64,000 nucleotides of DNA from Callorhinchus milii. Taxonomy: Eukaryota. The notes under the pieces are model-generated. The model made no database searches. It saw only the letters and a program-made list of their open reading frames with translations, and had not been told where the DNA came from. Shown here piece after piece: positions 36,040 through 48,036 of this stretch. The stretch lies in contig NW_024704743.1 of assembly GCF_018977255.1 (NCBI RefSeq), positions 72,542,001 to 72,606,000 of the forward strand. The letters are read 5' to 3'. Positions within the stretch are counted from its first letter, which is position 1, and each line of letters opens with the position of its first letter. A program made the translations under genes and the position numbers.

Positions 36040-39000
36040 ATGGGTCAGATGTACTATATTTTATTTATTCCCACGTAACAAGAAATGAACAGTTACAGAA
36101 GGACATATCGGTAACATCTGCAATCATACATTACATACAATTTGAAACAAATAATGCAACATTTATTCTATGTTACTACATTCTAGGATTTTTTTTAAAG
36201 TTTGTGTCATTTGTTTACATTTCATGTACATTTTTGTTTCTGTACCAAACTGCTGCACTTGTCAAAGGAGATGGATTTGAATAGATGCATCATACAAAAA
36301 GCAATATCATTGAAGCATACATATGCAGTTGCTTTGAACAACACATCACAGAGACATATTTGGGATACTTGCATTCACCCTAGTGCTCAAGGAATTTACA
36401 AGGCAGCATAGCATAAATATACAATGATCTCTACGTAAATGTCCGTGGGGAGACATTCAGAACCCAATATGTAAGATATTCTCTCGAATTTTGTTCCTGT
36501 TGTCTTAAAGGGGCGTACATTTTTACCTCACTTTTTAAAGACTTGGCAGGGCACACACAATATATTTGCTCAATAAAAGTTACAAAAAAGAATAAATATT
36601 CACAGGAGAACATATTCTTTACAAGGATAACAAATACGAGACTGCACATTGAATCATATGTGCACAGAAAGTGAATACAACTCTACTGATCACCAAACAG
36701 ACTGCACAACGCTTATGCTTTTTGTGATTTTGTCATATACAACGTTTTTGAATCAAGAATTATATATTTGAAGAAATGAAAATTCATTAGCAAAGTCCTT
36801 TTGGTGTACCACTAACATAAAGAAATAAAAATAAAATACTGTATGCCTAAAATAATGCCAGTAACACCAGCAAGTATATAAAAGGTGATCACTTAAAAGA
36901 GAGACAACAGGATCCGAAATTTCTCATGCTCTTAGCCTTAAGATCATTACATTCAGACTGAATTTGGAAGACAATCTTTTTGAGTACTGTACTGCCAAAA
37001 TTTGACTTGAAAATTAAGACTGAATTTAATACCAAATCTAAGATCATTTCCCAAAATGTACTGCATGATTTAAAATCTTAATGTCTTAAGCCTAAGTACT
37101 TGAGAAATTTGGCCCCTGATACGCTCAATTCATAGTACTATAGTTCCAAAGTTTCCTAAAGCTCCCACCTCTCAGCTCATGTAAGTGTCGATCTAATTTC
37201 AGTGCACAAATTCCTTTAAAATTCTAAACAGCTTGTGTCAGTGATTGGGAAAGTCAGCACAACACAGCACAATCTATTGTTACTGTCATAAAAAAAATCA
37301 GAAGGACAAATAAGAATTACAATATCCATTGCTGTCACAGCCCCATATGCTACTCTCTGAACTTTGGCAAATAGTTGCCCTGTAGCCTTCAGTCTAATTC
37401 TAAGTATATTTTCCTTCCAAGTTTGTTTTAATGACAAATTGAGCCATGAAGTTAACAAAGTACATCACAAGTATTGTGTGCTATTATTAATACACAGAAA
37501 TTATGTAAACAGACACCTGACTATTGCTAATCAAATATTAGAAACATATCTGTGCACTATATTAGTTGTAAAAAAAACTCTTAAAAGTACTTTTCTTGGC
37601 TAAACTCGACTTTTAACATTTGTTTTAAAGACATTTATCTGTTTATTTTCCCAAACCCTCGTTATTGCAATGACTCTCATTGGTTGTATGTGTAGAAGTG
37701 TGCTTTCAGGATTCATTTATGTAGTTAACCTTTGACAATGGTATGGTACAAGGTGATGCTCTTCAGAATAATGTTTGATATTTTTGGGAGCAAAAAACAG
37801 ACTAGCACAGTGAAAGGTACTTTAATGAAATAATCTAGGTTGTGAGATAATAACAATAAGGCAATAAAAAAGAAGTCCTACATAATAGAAAGACTTTAAA
37901 TAGCTATTTTTACTCCCATGACATTCTAACAACAATTTATATTTATATAGCGCTTTTTGCGTCAGAAGGATGTCTCAAAGAGCTTCACACTGGGACTGAA
38001 TAATAAGGAGTGAAAATTATTTTATGCCTTTAATAGTCTGATTTACTTTAGTCTGATTGCTTTTCCTAATATCACAGATATATAAAGTGAATCATACTAA
38101 CAGTTGCTTTGTAATATTTCAAACAGCACTCCTAAGTTATATATTTACAATTTTGAATGTTACAGTACACAATATTTAACATAAATATACAGATTTATGT
38201 TTTGGAAGTAAAGCAAGAATTAACTGGTAGTATGCCAGTGAATAGTAAAATTGTAAAATTCAGAGAGCAAAGAAGGCATGTGTGTATTTGTTGGAGAGGG
38301 TGGTATATCCAGGAAAATAAAAAGCAGCTTTAAGAGGGAATTCTTTGGTGTGGGTTTGGAAATTAATTGGAAAAACAGGAATGTTCTACAATGGTTTTAT
38401 TCGGCTTTAATGTACGGCGATCGGATTTGTATTTGAGTCTTGGTGATAGTATTAGGTAAACAACCTAATGTAGTTTATTTTACGTCAGTATTCAATTCTT
38501 CGCAGGATGTGCCATTTCAGGATAGAAGCAATCGAAAACATTTTGGTGCCAAGCTTTTAAACCAGTTTATAACTTGTGTTTTAATTCTGATTGTTCTTTT
38601 AGAGTCGTGGGTTTAACAGCAATCAGCCTTTGCAATGTCTACCATCTGTACAGTGCTTTCCCCAGCTTACTCTATGTACCCTTGTGTGAGTTGAATTGCT
38701 CGGTCTGTCGCAAAAATGTTCCTCAATGGAATTTCTAAAACACCGATAAACCTGCATGTTTAACATAAAGGTAGTTTTGTTCAAGAAAAAAATGCTGAAA
38801 TGAGACTTGTAATCAAAGAACATGTTATTGTGTTGCAAAATTTAAGTGCATGTAAATTGAACTTCCCAACATACTACTGCAAATTACTGGAAAATATAAA
38901 TTTAAAGACAGGAAGGAGAAAAGGCTAGTTGAAAGACAATGATTTTAACAGGTAGAGGAAAGCAAATCTATGAGCAATCAATACAAATAAATTCCATATA

Positions 39001-40117
39001 CATTAGGAACATTAAAATTACAACCTCCAGAATTTTTAATTGGCGAATTATAACAGAACATTCATAAACGATTGTCCCCGAGGTTGGAAAATACATTGAC
39101 AAATGGCCAATAATCCCAGTAAAACTGAAAACCTTCAATTTGGGCTGAACTAAGCACAAAATTATACTTTTATCCATTTGTCTCGCAGGGCAGTGCTCCA
39201 GTGAGTACAGAACAACATATGCTTTGAGGTTGCAAGGTTACAAAGACAGTAGCAGAATTTCATGGCTCTGAATTGGTTCAGTGCTACTCTCCCTAGTTCT
39301 TGAAACCTTTTATTAAAAATGAATCCCTGCATTACTGAGTTTTGTCAGGAGCAGTCTTATAGCAATAATTTTCTCACCATAGCCTGAACTAGCAAAGGAT
39401 TGGATATAAATCTGTCTTCAGATTGCACAGAAGCTACAGACATGCCTTTACTTACACATTTTATTTTTGTACTCTTCCAAAAGCTAAGCAGGTGATCTTC
39501 GTGATAGTACAAACCATTTTAAACTCTGCACCTTACCCCATCAGCTGTGGATTTATCTGTGTTCTGTGTGAGATCCCAGCTGGAGCGCTGTCAGAAATGT
39601 TCAGAGTGCTCTCACAAGCTATTTCATTTCAATTGTATACAAAGGTATGCTGATTTTTGTAAAACGTATGCAATGTCTTTCATGCCACTGTTGATTGCTT
39701 TGTAATGCTGGCATCAGAGGATTTTCTGGCATGCCAAAGATGGTTTGAAAAAAAAGATCGTCAGAATTTCAATTGTTGGCAGTGAAATCCGAATAAGCTT
39801 TACAAAAATCCTATCCTACCACAGAAAATCAAAAGACCTGACAGACAAGAGTCTGTAAAGCAGCACATACCATGTTATCAGCAAAGTAGATCTAAAAAAA
39901 ACTATTAAAAAAGCGAGGTTGTTCTTGCATGCTGCTGTCTAGCATTCAAGATGTCAAATTCAGAGCAGATGCACAAATAAACCCACACAATGCTAATAGC
40001 TAGATCCTTCTTAGACAGCAGCCATTAGCCAAGGTGACTATGATAAGGAATAAGTTCTTGAATTCCTTTCCTCTTCCGATTCTTCAGCTGATCTTTGGAA
40101 CTGATGATCGTGCTAAC
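36040..40117 (-). other. Putative terminal exon / 3' UTR of the upstream gene, probably CDK14
   Basis: Acceptor TGTCATTTGCTTTCTGATTGCAG (AG at 40119-40118), AATAAATAAA at 36069-36060 with downstream U-rich tract, repeat-poor AU-rich interval. Gene identity rests only on known CDK14-FZD1 synteny; no kinase exon was recognised. Confidence 0.45.
36908..37118. mobile_element. Non-autonomous DNA transposon (MITE) with ~40-bp imperfect TIRs; superfamily uncertain (PIF/Harbinger- or hAT-like ends)
   Basis: Left CAGGATCCGAAATTTCTCATGCTCTTAGCCTTAAGATCATTA versus reverse complement of right end CAGGGGCCAAATTTCTCAAGTACTTAGGCTTAAGACATTA. Confidence 0.7.
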
Positions 40118-40189
40118 CTGCAATCAGAAAGCAAATGACAATTACACCATCGCAGCCATCATTGGACTATGAATCTCTAAAACCTCTGT

Positions 40190-40353
40190 GACTGAATTTT
40201 GGAAAATTCTTCAATTCGATCTTAATTTGGACGCTGGCTTTCTGCAGTTCTTTCTAAAAAACAGCCTGAATTCAAGAATTTTCTAAAATTCAGCATAATA
40301 TTACATTTCAAGACAACAATTTTAACACTTCAGACCACAAGAAATTTCAGCCT
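40190..40353. mobile_element. Degenerate copy of the same palindromic MITE family
   Basis: Internal inverted TGAATTTTGGAAAATTCTTCAATTC / GAATTCAAGAATTTTCTAAAATTCA; end GAAATTTCAGCC. Confidence 0.5.
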
Positions 40354-41098
40354 CGGAAACCTCAATGTTCCTCGTCATACCATGGAAAGCATAAAGCATA
40401 AACGTTGAAGTTCCATAGACGTACATGATACCTGGAAAGGCTGAAAGTGAAATTAAATTTGGCTATGGAATCAACTGTGTGAAAGCAGGGAACAGTGACA
40501 CTATACCACTGATCACCCCCTCCCCCCACCTCCTCCCATAACCTAGATGATTTTAGCTTAAAAATGGTTTACAGGACTACTCTATGTGTCTCATTCAATC
40601 AGAATTATATTTTTCAAAGCACATTCACTAGGTTCAAGAACAACAAATGACATTTGCATAGAACCTTTGTAATTTGTTGTTGTTGTTGCTCAGTAATGAT
40701 CAATTAAAAATAAATATAATACTAAACTAACAGAGAAACAATCAATCAGAACATTTAAATGCCAGATAAACGACACCGACATAGTGTGCTTTATAATCTG
40801 TCTAACCTATATAGAAACTTTTGCTTGTCACTAATTTTAATGACATGTTTCTGTGAAGCAGTCGCCTCAGTTCTGCTTTACACTGTAAATCGTTTCACAA
40901 GAAATGAACTACAAATACTTGAAGAAAAAAAGCAAATATGGAATGATCAGCATCAGAGGACATTTCAATTTTAAGTTTAGTAGCTGTACTGACTTACAGA
41001 TTCAGTTTGAATAATTGTCAAATAAGTATTTTGGAGACAATTTGCTTCAACAAATATGCATTATGTCTGAATCATATAATGATAGATATAACAAATAT

Positions 41099-41375
41099 AA
41101 TAATAATCCTCACAGTTGATGTGGTGCCTTATCACATTGTTGAAATGTCTCAAAAAGTATTTTGCAGGATTTACTGTGAAGTGTAGTGACTGTGCATTTG
41201 TAGGCAAACAAAGAGGCCAATTGCGGATAGCAATGCCACAAGCACCCATGAAGTGACTCATTTTATCTGAGAAATTGTTCACCATAACAGTGGGAGAAAT
41301 TCCCTTCTCTTTTCAAATAATTTCATGGGATATTTAATGTCCACTGACTGGACAAATGAGCACTCAGCTTTAATT
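41099..41375 (-). mobile_element. Old Deu-type SINE
   Basis: TAATAATCC tail and CCCTTCTCTTTTCAAATA..CATGGGATATTTAATGTCCAC body. Confidence 0.7.
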
Positions 41376-41534
41376 TTCTCGATCATTTTGCTTACATTTT
41401 GTCCCAAGAATTTCTCGACCACAACATTTACTAATTCTTACTATAGATATTTTTCCTTTCATTCTTTCCATTTTATTCAGTACTTTTGTGATAAGACATA
41501 AGGCTACACAGCCATGTACATAATTATCACTTAA

Positions 41535-41668
41535 ATGTGTGCAATTGACTACTTCGTTTCGCCCATGAAATACACAGTCAATCCACTTTGCAATATATCC
41601 TGTGAAGTGCTTTGAGACATCTCAACGGCATGATAAAAGCGCTTTGTCAGATGTATGGATTATTATTT
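41535..41668 (+). mobile_element. SINE 3' fragment
   Basis: TGTGCAATTGACT..ACAGTCAATCCACTTTGCA..GGATTATTATT. Confidence 0.75.
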
Positions 41669-41834
41669 AATAAACTTAAGTAATAAATTGTTCTGCACAA
41701 CAGATATAAACAAAGCTCGGTCACTCAGTTATAACAATATGCAATAAACAAAGTTTGATCGGCATTCTAGCTGCAATATCATTCAGTCAGAAACAATTAT
41801 AAATCCCATACAGCAAATTAGCCACTACTATAAC

Positions 41835-42052
41835 TTATTCAACCTGAATCTATAATCAATAATCCATTCAACCTGTAACAACACTCCATTGATCAATGAT
41901 CTAATTCAGTCTATAACCACACTCCATTGATCAATAATCCATTCACCCTGTAGCCACACTTCATTGATCAATAATCCATTTGGGTTGTACACCAATCACT
42001 CATCCATTTTTGCCCTGGCATTAAAGTCTACTCATCATCAATCCATTCAGCT
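41835..42052. repeat. Degenerate ~37-bp minisatellite
   Basis: Repeated CCATTCA(A/C)CCTGTA(A/G)C(A/C)ACACT(C/T)CATTGATCAATAAT units. Confidence 0.75.
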
Positions 42053-42379
42053 GAAAACTACAGTTCCACAAGAATGCATTCTGTCTGAAATGACTGCTGT
42101 TACCTATATTTTATACATTTGTATTCAGCTGTTATCCTATTGCAGCCTGCCAAGCACCAATCCTTGAATAATTAATTGCTCCATCAGTTCCCATAATGCA
42201 TTCTCATCCTGACCTACATGCACTTTGAACTACATTTTTTTATGTCTCCTTTTTTTTTAGAACCAACTGACGGCACCACATGATGGAAAAGATTTTTAAA
42301 AAATGAAACCATGCACTCCTGTAGGGTAGGTGAGTGACCTGTGGGAGAAACCTAGCCAGAGAAGATTTTCACACCTAGC

Positions 42380-42740
42380 ATCAGACAGCTACAAATTGAT
42401 TAGTTAGTCTGAGGAAATGCCACCAACCAGGCTCGTGAGACTAATTAAAGAGCGTATTGCCTGTGCAGGCACCCCATTGACACTAAATTTGCTCAGCTGG
42501 AGCCATGAGGGAGCCTGCATTATCTCTACAGCTGTGCTTTCTCTCGTCTTGACTTACATTACAGACAAGAGACGAACGCTTCCCTTCCCCCTCCCCCAAC
42601 TGAATTATAAATAACCCTGTCAGTGCATTTTATTAGTGGTCCAAGTTAACTGAATGTGATGTAAACAGTTACATGGGTGACAGATGCCATAAAGTCAAAC
42701 TGCATGATTTATTGCATGGTAAAGATTCTGATATTTATTA
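42380..42740. promoter_or_regulatory. Candidate developmental enhancer (PBX-HOX/MEIS/FOX motif cluster)
   Basis: CTGTCA 42617, TTTTATTAG 42628, TGTAAACA 42660, TGACAG 42678, GCCATAAA 42686, TGATTTATTG 42705, in non-repetitive DNA. Confidence 0.4.
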
Positions 42741-43329
42741 AATTCTATAAACACTATAAATGCAGTTCTTCTGTGAGTTATTGTTTAATACCAACTCAAG
42801 GAAGCAGTAAACAAAACAACTACATATAGTATAATGCTACTGAAACTATGCTTCTAAAAAAGGTATGTTTGTCTGTCGCATAGTTTCTAAATCTCTAAAA
42901 TGTATCAGCACATTTTTGTGATTAAATATCCTATATTCAAATGTAAGGTAAATTACTCAGCTACAATTACAAGGGGCAAAAACTGTATGAAATTACATCA
43001 AAATCTAGAGCCAAATTAAAGAGTATGGGGAAAGAGCAAGGCAATGGGATGAGAGGAAAAAAGGGGAGCTCGCATGAACAGACATGATGGGCTGAATGGC
43101 TTCTTTCTATGCTGTAAACCCCCTATGAGGTTTCACTCCCACCTTTGGGTTTCCAAACAGTAGGTTCAAAACATCACGTCACTATACTTCAAAGCAACTC
43201 AAGATAAATTATTTCCAACCTTGGAGAGATCACTTGGGACGGGGATTCTTCCTACTCAGCTTCTGTTAACTCTGCAAGCCCAAACCCTATCAGGTAGGAT
43301 ACTCCTAGCTGGACAATTTTATTTGGGGG

Positions 43330-43587
43330 ATTGTTGTCCAGGACACTGAGAGAAACACCCTTTTCTTTTTGAATAGTGTTGTGGAATCTTTAACATTCAC
43401 CTGAACAGGCAGACAAGACCTCGGTTCACGTCTCATCTGAAGGACAGCACCTCCAACAATGCAGCACATCCCAAGCACTGCTTTGCAGGGTCAGCCTAGA
43501 CTATATGGGTTCCAAGATCCAACATGGGACTTCAACCCACAGCCTTCTGACTCAGGCAAGAGTGGCACCAACTGAGCCAGGCTGACA
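43330..43587 (-). mobile_element. Old Deu-type SINE, 5' two-thirds
   Basis: Reverse complement head GTCAGCCTGGCTCAGTTGTGGTGCCACTCTTGCCTGAGTCAGAAGGCTGTGGGTTGAAGTCCCA and body CTTCAGATGAGACGTGAACCGAGG. Confidence 0.8.
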
Positions 43588-44189
43588 AACGATATAGCAC
43601 CCTATATGCAGGATCATGTCTCAGTATTATGTCTAAAAATATCTTCTGGAATCTCTCTGGGTGTGGGAAGGAGCAGGGAATTGGGAGGAGGATAAATGGG
43701 TTCTCTGTGATTGCAAACACAATAGTAATATCAAGGGCCCAAGTTTCCTCCTACTGTGTTCAATGGTTCTTAAGAACTTATGGTTCTTTTGTTGAACTAC
43801 TCAAGAGTAGAAGGTTCACAGTAAATTTGGACATGATGATGTGTACGCAATCCTGCAAACTAAAGCCGTAACGATTGTGGTGGTCCTAGCTGTTCAAGTA
43901 ATATGCTACATAGTTATCATAGATTCATACTTTCTCACCCTCAAAAATATTATTTCCCACAACAGCGAGAATTAGACCTTACCCCTGGGAGCATCCACAT
44001 GGTTTCCTTTTTTAAAAAAACTGTCTGTGTGTTGTGGGAGGACTTTAGCATCTAAGACCACACATTGCTGCCTGAAATTGCCTCTTCACGTGTGCAATGG
44101 ATTAAAAAAAACAGTAGAGTCTATCTCAAAAGGGTCCCATGACAGTTACTCAGCCAATACCATTGTAAACATACAATTGAAAAGATTGT

Positions 44190-44511
44190 GGAGTCCTGTA
44201 GCTCAGTGGTTAGAGCACTTGCTTTGCAAGTAAGAAACCTGAGTTCAATTCCAGGCAGGGAGAAACCTTGGGCAAGTTTCCTTACTCCACACAGAGCCTA
44301 ATAATAATCCCTCCAAAACAAAACAATAATTAAATTGGTCATTTTCAATCTACGACTGTTTGTGGGACATTGCTGTGCGCAATTGGCTGCTGCGTTCGCC
44401 CACAAATATACAGTCAATTCACTTTACAGTGTGTTCTGTGAAGCGCTTTGGGACGTCCTCCCGATGTGAAAAGCGCTATATCAAATGCAAGGATTATTAT
44501 TATTATTATTA
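44190..44511 (+). mobile_element. Young SINE, short subfamily, full length
   Basis: Head to (TTA)n tail. Confidence 0.92.
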
Positions 44512-44849
44512 TAATAATAATCCTCACATTTGATATAGCACCTTATCATGTTTTCGATTACGTCTCAAAGCGCTTCACAGATTATACTGTAAAGTGAATT
44601 GATTGTATATTTCCAGGGCAAAACGCAACAGCCAATTGCGCACAGAACCTTCCCACAAACAGCCATGACCAATTTATTACCCCTGGAGAAGCGATCAGCC
44701 AATCGACTAACAACCGGCTTCCTACTTGCTGCTAGGTAAACGGGCACGTGAAATAAGGAAACTTGCCCAACCTTTCGCCCTGCCCGGGAATCAAACCCAG
44801 GTCTCTCGCTTGCAAGGCAAGTGCTCTAAACCACTGAGCTACAGGACTC
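44512..44849 (-). mobile_element. SINE, long subfamily, full length, tail-to-tail with the previous copy
   Basis: (TAA)n-TCC tail through GAGCTACAGGACTC head. Confidence 0.9.
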
Positions 44850-44867
44850 TGAAGATAACTATTTTTA

Positions 44868-45155
44868 GTGATCCCGATCCCACCATTGGCAGGCAGGCTT
44901 TCAGCCTTTCTGCCCCACTCTCTAAAACTCCATTCCATCTCTGAAACCTTCGGACCCCCTCCCTCACCTCATTCAAGGTCCTTCTTAAACTGTACCTCCT
45001 TCACCACACTTTCAGTCTTTCAGTCATCTTCCCCCTTCCCCCCACCTCGCCTGCATCCCACCCCAAGCTTGGGTGATCATCCAGTACGATTAAAATCTTT
45101 GGGACGTCCTCCTGATGCGAAAGGCACTATATAAATGTAAATTTGTACTGTTGTA
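44868..45155 (+). mobile_element. L2 LINE 3' fragment
   Basis: PTIGRQAFSLSAP motif and TTTGGGACGTCCTCCTGATGCGAAAGGCACTAT tail. Confidence 0.8.
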
Positions 45156-47462
45156 TGGTATTAAGCTCCATTTTTAAGTGATCTAAATATAAAGTTATAA
45201 AAAAGATGATTTTATGGAATTTCAAAACTGCACAGACCGAAAATGGCTCTTGTAATACGACTAGAGAAATCAGACCCATTATCCTTTGAAAATAGTTCAG
45301 CCGACTGCATATCCTTATAATCTGTGATTACAATAAAATAAATGTTTCAGAAAGCTTCAGGCAAGCTGTGAGGGGGATGAAATACAGTAGTTCACGTTGA
45401 GGAAATCACCAATGGAATTTGTTGTTTCAGGGGTTTACTTAGTAGGAACAGATGTAGATTCTCTGGTGCAATGTGATCAAAGAGAAGCATAACTTTAGCT
45501 CAGACGAAATCAGTGCGACGGGATTGTGGGAGGTTTTGGGGTGTGGCACACCCCATTCAGCCAGATGGTGCTCACAATACCACAACAAGTAAGAGGTGCC
45601 TGTGGCACTTAAACAAAACACAGCTCCAACTGAAACTGAGCAAGGTTCAGTGCCACAGCCAGTGTAGAGGTCTCTGCCATTGACGAAAAACTCACAATGC
45701 AAATCAATCCCAGACCATTTAGCTATTGCTGAGGAAGGCATGGTTAAGTAAGCCACTTCTGAAATCAGCTGCAGTCACACACATCTGGATTGGATTAAAT
45801 GCATTTCATAGCTAGTCGTGAAATAGCTACTACTACTGAAATTCTGCATCACAAGTACACATTACCAGTGATAACTGTACAATAATATGTCCTAATGAGG
45901 AGGCATGCACTGTTTACACACAGGATTAAAAAATGACTTTCTTTTTGACTGACTTTATGCACTTTACAGGGAAGAAAATACATAACGAACAGAGAGAAAG
46001 CATGCAACATGTTTATTATTAACGATAATAATAATCTTTCATTTGATATAGCACTTATAACATTGAAACATCTCAAAGAGCTCTACTAGTAATTGCTGCC
46101 AAGTTTATTATAGGCAAACGTGGTGGCCGCTTTGCACACAACAAAATTCCAAAACAGCGATACAGTGAATGACCGTATCTGGAGCACTGTTGGCCAAGTT
46201 CTCCGGAAGCCCTGGTTAAAAAAGATTTCTGATTTTCATTAACAAGGTGGGGCAGCAGTTTGGAGTGATGCACGTTTATGTCCACACGGCTAATTACAAT
46301 TGTGTCATTAAGAAGAACAGGTTAGAGGAGAAGGATACAAGGAGGAAGGACAAGTCATCAAAAGTAATCTTTCTTGTGAGCTTTTATTTGGCATCTATTC
46401 AGATGACTTGGCTGAATTTGTGAATGTATTATGCAAAGCGTCATTGATGCAACCTATCACGTGCTTTGCCACAAAGAAGAAGGATCATAATTGTATATAA
46501 GATTTTAAATGAGATTGAGAACTTAAACCTAGAATAATACTTTCAGATGTGTTATGGCATTGGAGATTCGGTGATATCGACAGGACCTTGATTCAACATC
46601 TCATTTTAACTATGAAACTTCTGACAATACAACGTCACTACTGCAGATGCCTGTCACGCTGAATTCATTAGTTCAGATCCCAACATGGGGCTTGAACCCA
46701 CAATCCTCTGACCCAGAGGTTTTAGTAATTCTGAAGAGTTTTGCATTGTTTTTGCATGATAAGGCACTATATCAATGCAAAGCCTTTCTTTCCTGTCGAT
46801 AGTACAAACTGAGAAGCTACCTGTATGAAAACAATGGACATGAAGCCACATTGCACCCTTCTGTGACACAATGCACTTGTGTACAAAGCACCAGCGCATC
46901 CAGGTGAAGCACTTGCAGCCTTAGCAGCCACCAATGCCATGCACAGTCTGCATATCTCCACTTCTCCAGAAATATCTTTCCATTAACTAGAGTCTTATTA
47001 AAAGCTTTACTATAACATGACTCGAGGGGCAGTTATTAAACCTCAGCTTGTGACGTTTCTAACTTTCCACCTAGACTGGTCAGATATTTGAGCAAGCTTA
47101 AAGGATAAAAATGAATACAATAAAACTAATTTCACACTATCTGCCCTAATCAGGGATAACATTCTTATTTAAAACACACTGCAGCAGACGGCAAACTGCA
47201 AACATCCCAGCAGAAAATCACCCAAAACGACTTGTTCATACACTTAATTTGTTCACATTTTCCTAATCAAAAATGCCTGTTTTTCTATTTTTATTGATTA
47301 AATGCAGGGGTTCAGTATCACAGACCATAGGAAACCAGAACCAGATGTAAAAAGCCATTTCATTAACCCTTAGCCTGCTGGTCGGTCTGCAATGCGCAGT
47401 GCAAGGATTCACACTGTGAACACTGAAAGAAATACTAATACTACAATAAGGTGCTCAGGCTA

Positions 47463-47536
47463 GTTTATGCGAATGTCTTAGAGCATTTTACAACTAGCAC
47501 TATTGCTGTAAAATGCTCTAAGACATTCACAAAAAC
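47463..47536. other. Hairpin with a perfect 22-bp stem and 14-nt loop
   Basis: GAATGTCTTAGAGCATTTTACA (47471-47492) / TGTAAAATGCTCTAAGACATTC (47507-47528). Confidence 0.85.
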
Positions 47537-47731
47537 ACAAAAATCAACTACTGTATTTCAAATAAAAGTAAAACATTTTAAAAACATTCCCAATACTTGC
47601 TTACAAATGCACAACACAGAAAATCAGTGTTTAAATGGATGGTTGGGACCAGCCAGTATAGCATCATAGTATTTTGAATTATCTCGCATCAGCTTGTTAG
47701 TGCACAAGATTGTAAAATGTTATCAATAATA

Positions 47732-48036
47732 CAGTGGAGCCCCATTATAGTGTCGTAGTTGGGGGGATGGGGGACATAGAATCCCAAACAGTGTTACAAC
47801 AGGCAGAATCACCCATCAGCTCTTCTACACGTGCTGCACATGGAAAGGAATATCAGCAGTAACCTGGTGACCCTGAAAACAGCCATTTTCCCGCGAACCA
47901 GCTGTTATCTCGAAGGGCCGTTTGAGCTCATGTCTGCACTTTGGATTTTCCGGGTAAGTAAGTGTTGGGGTCCACACTCTAACCTGCGATATAAGTCAAT
48001 CTATGTTGTAACATATTAAATTATAACACTCTACTG
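47732..48036. mobile_element. Tc1/mariner-pogo (Tigger-like) MITE
   Basis: TA-CAGTGGAG...CTCTACTG-TA termini with TA target duplication. Confidence 0.65.

Noticed and set aside
41835..42052. CRISPR-like periodicity
   Set aside because: Eukaryotic context; whole units are degenerate tandem copies without unique spacers; no cas genes
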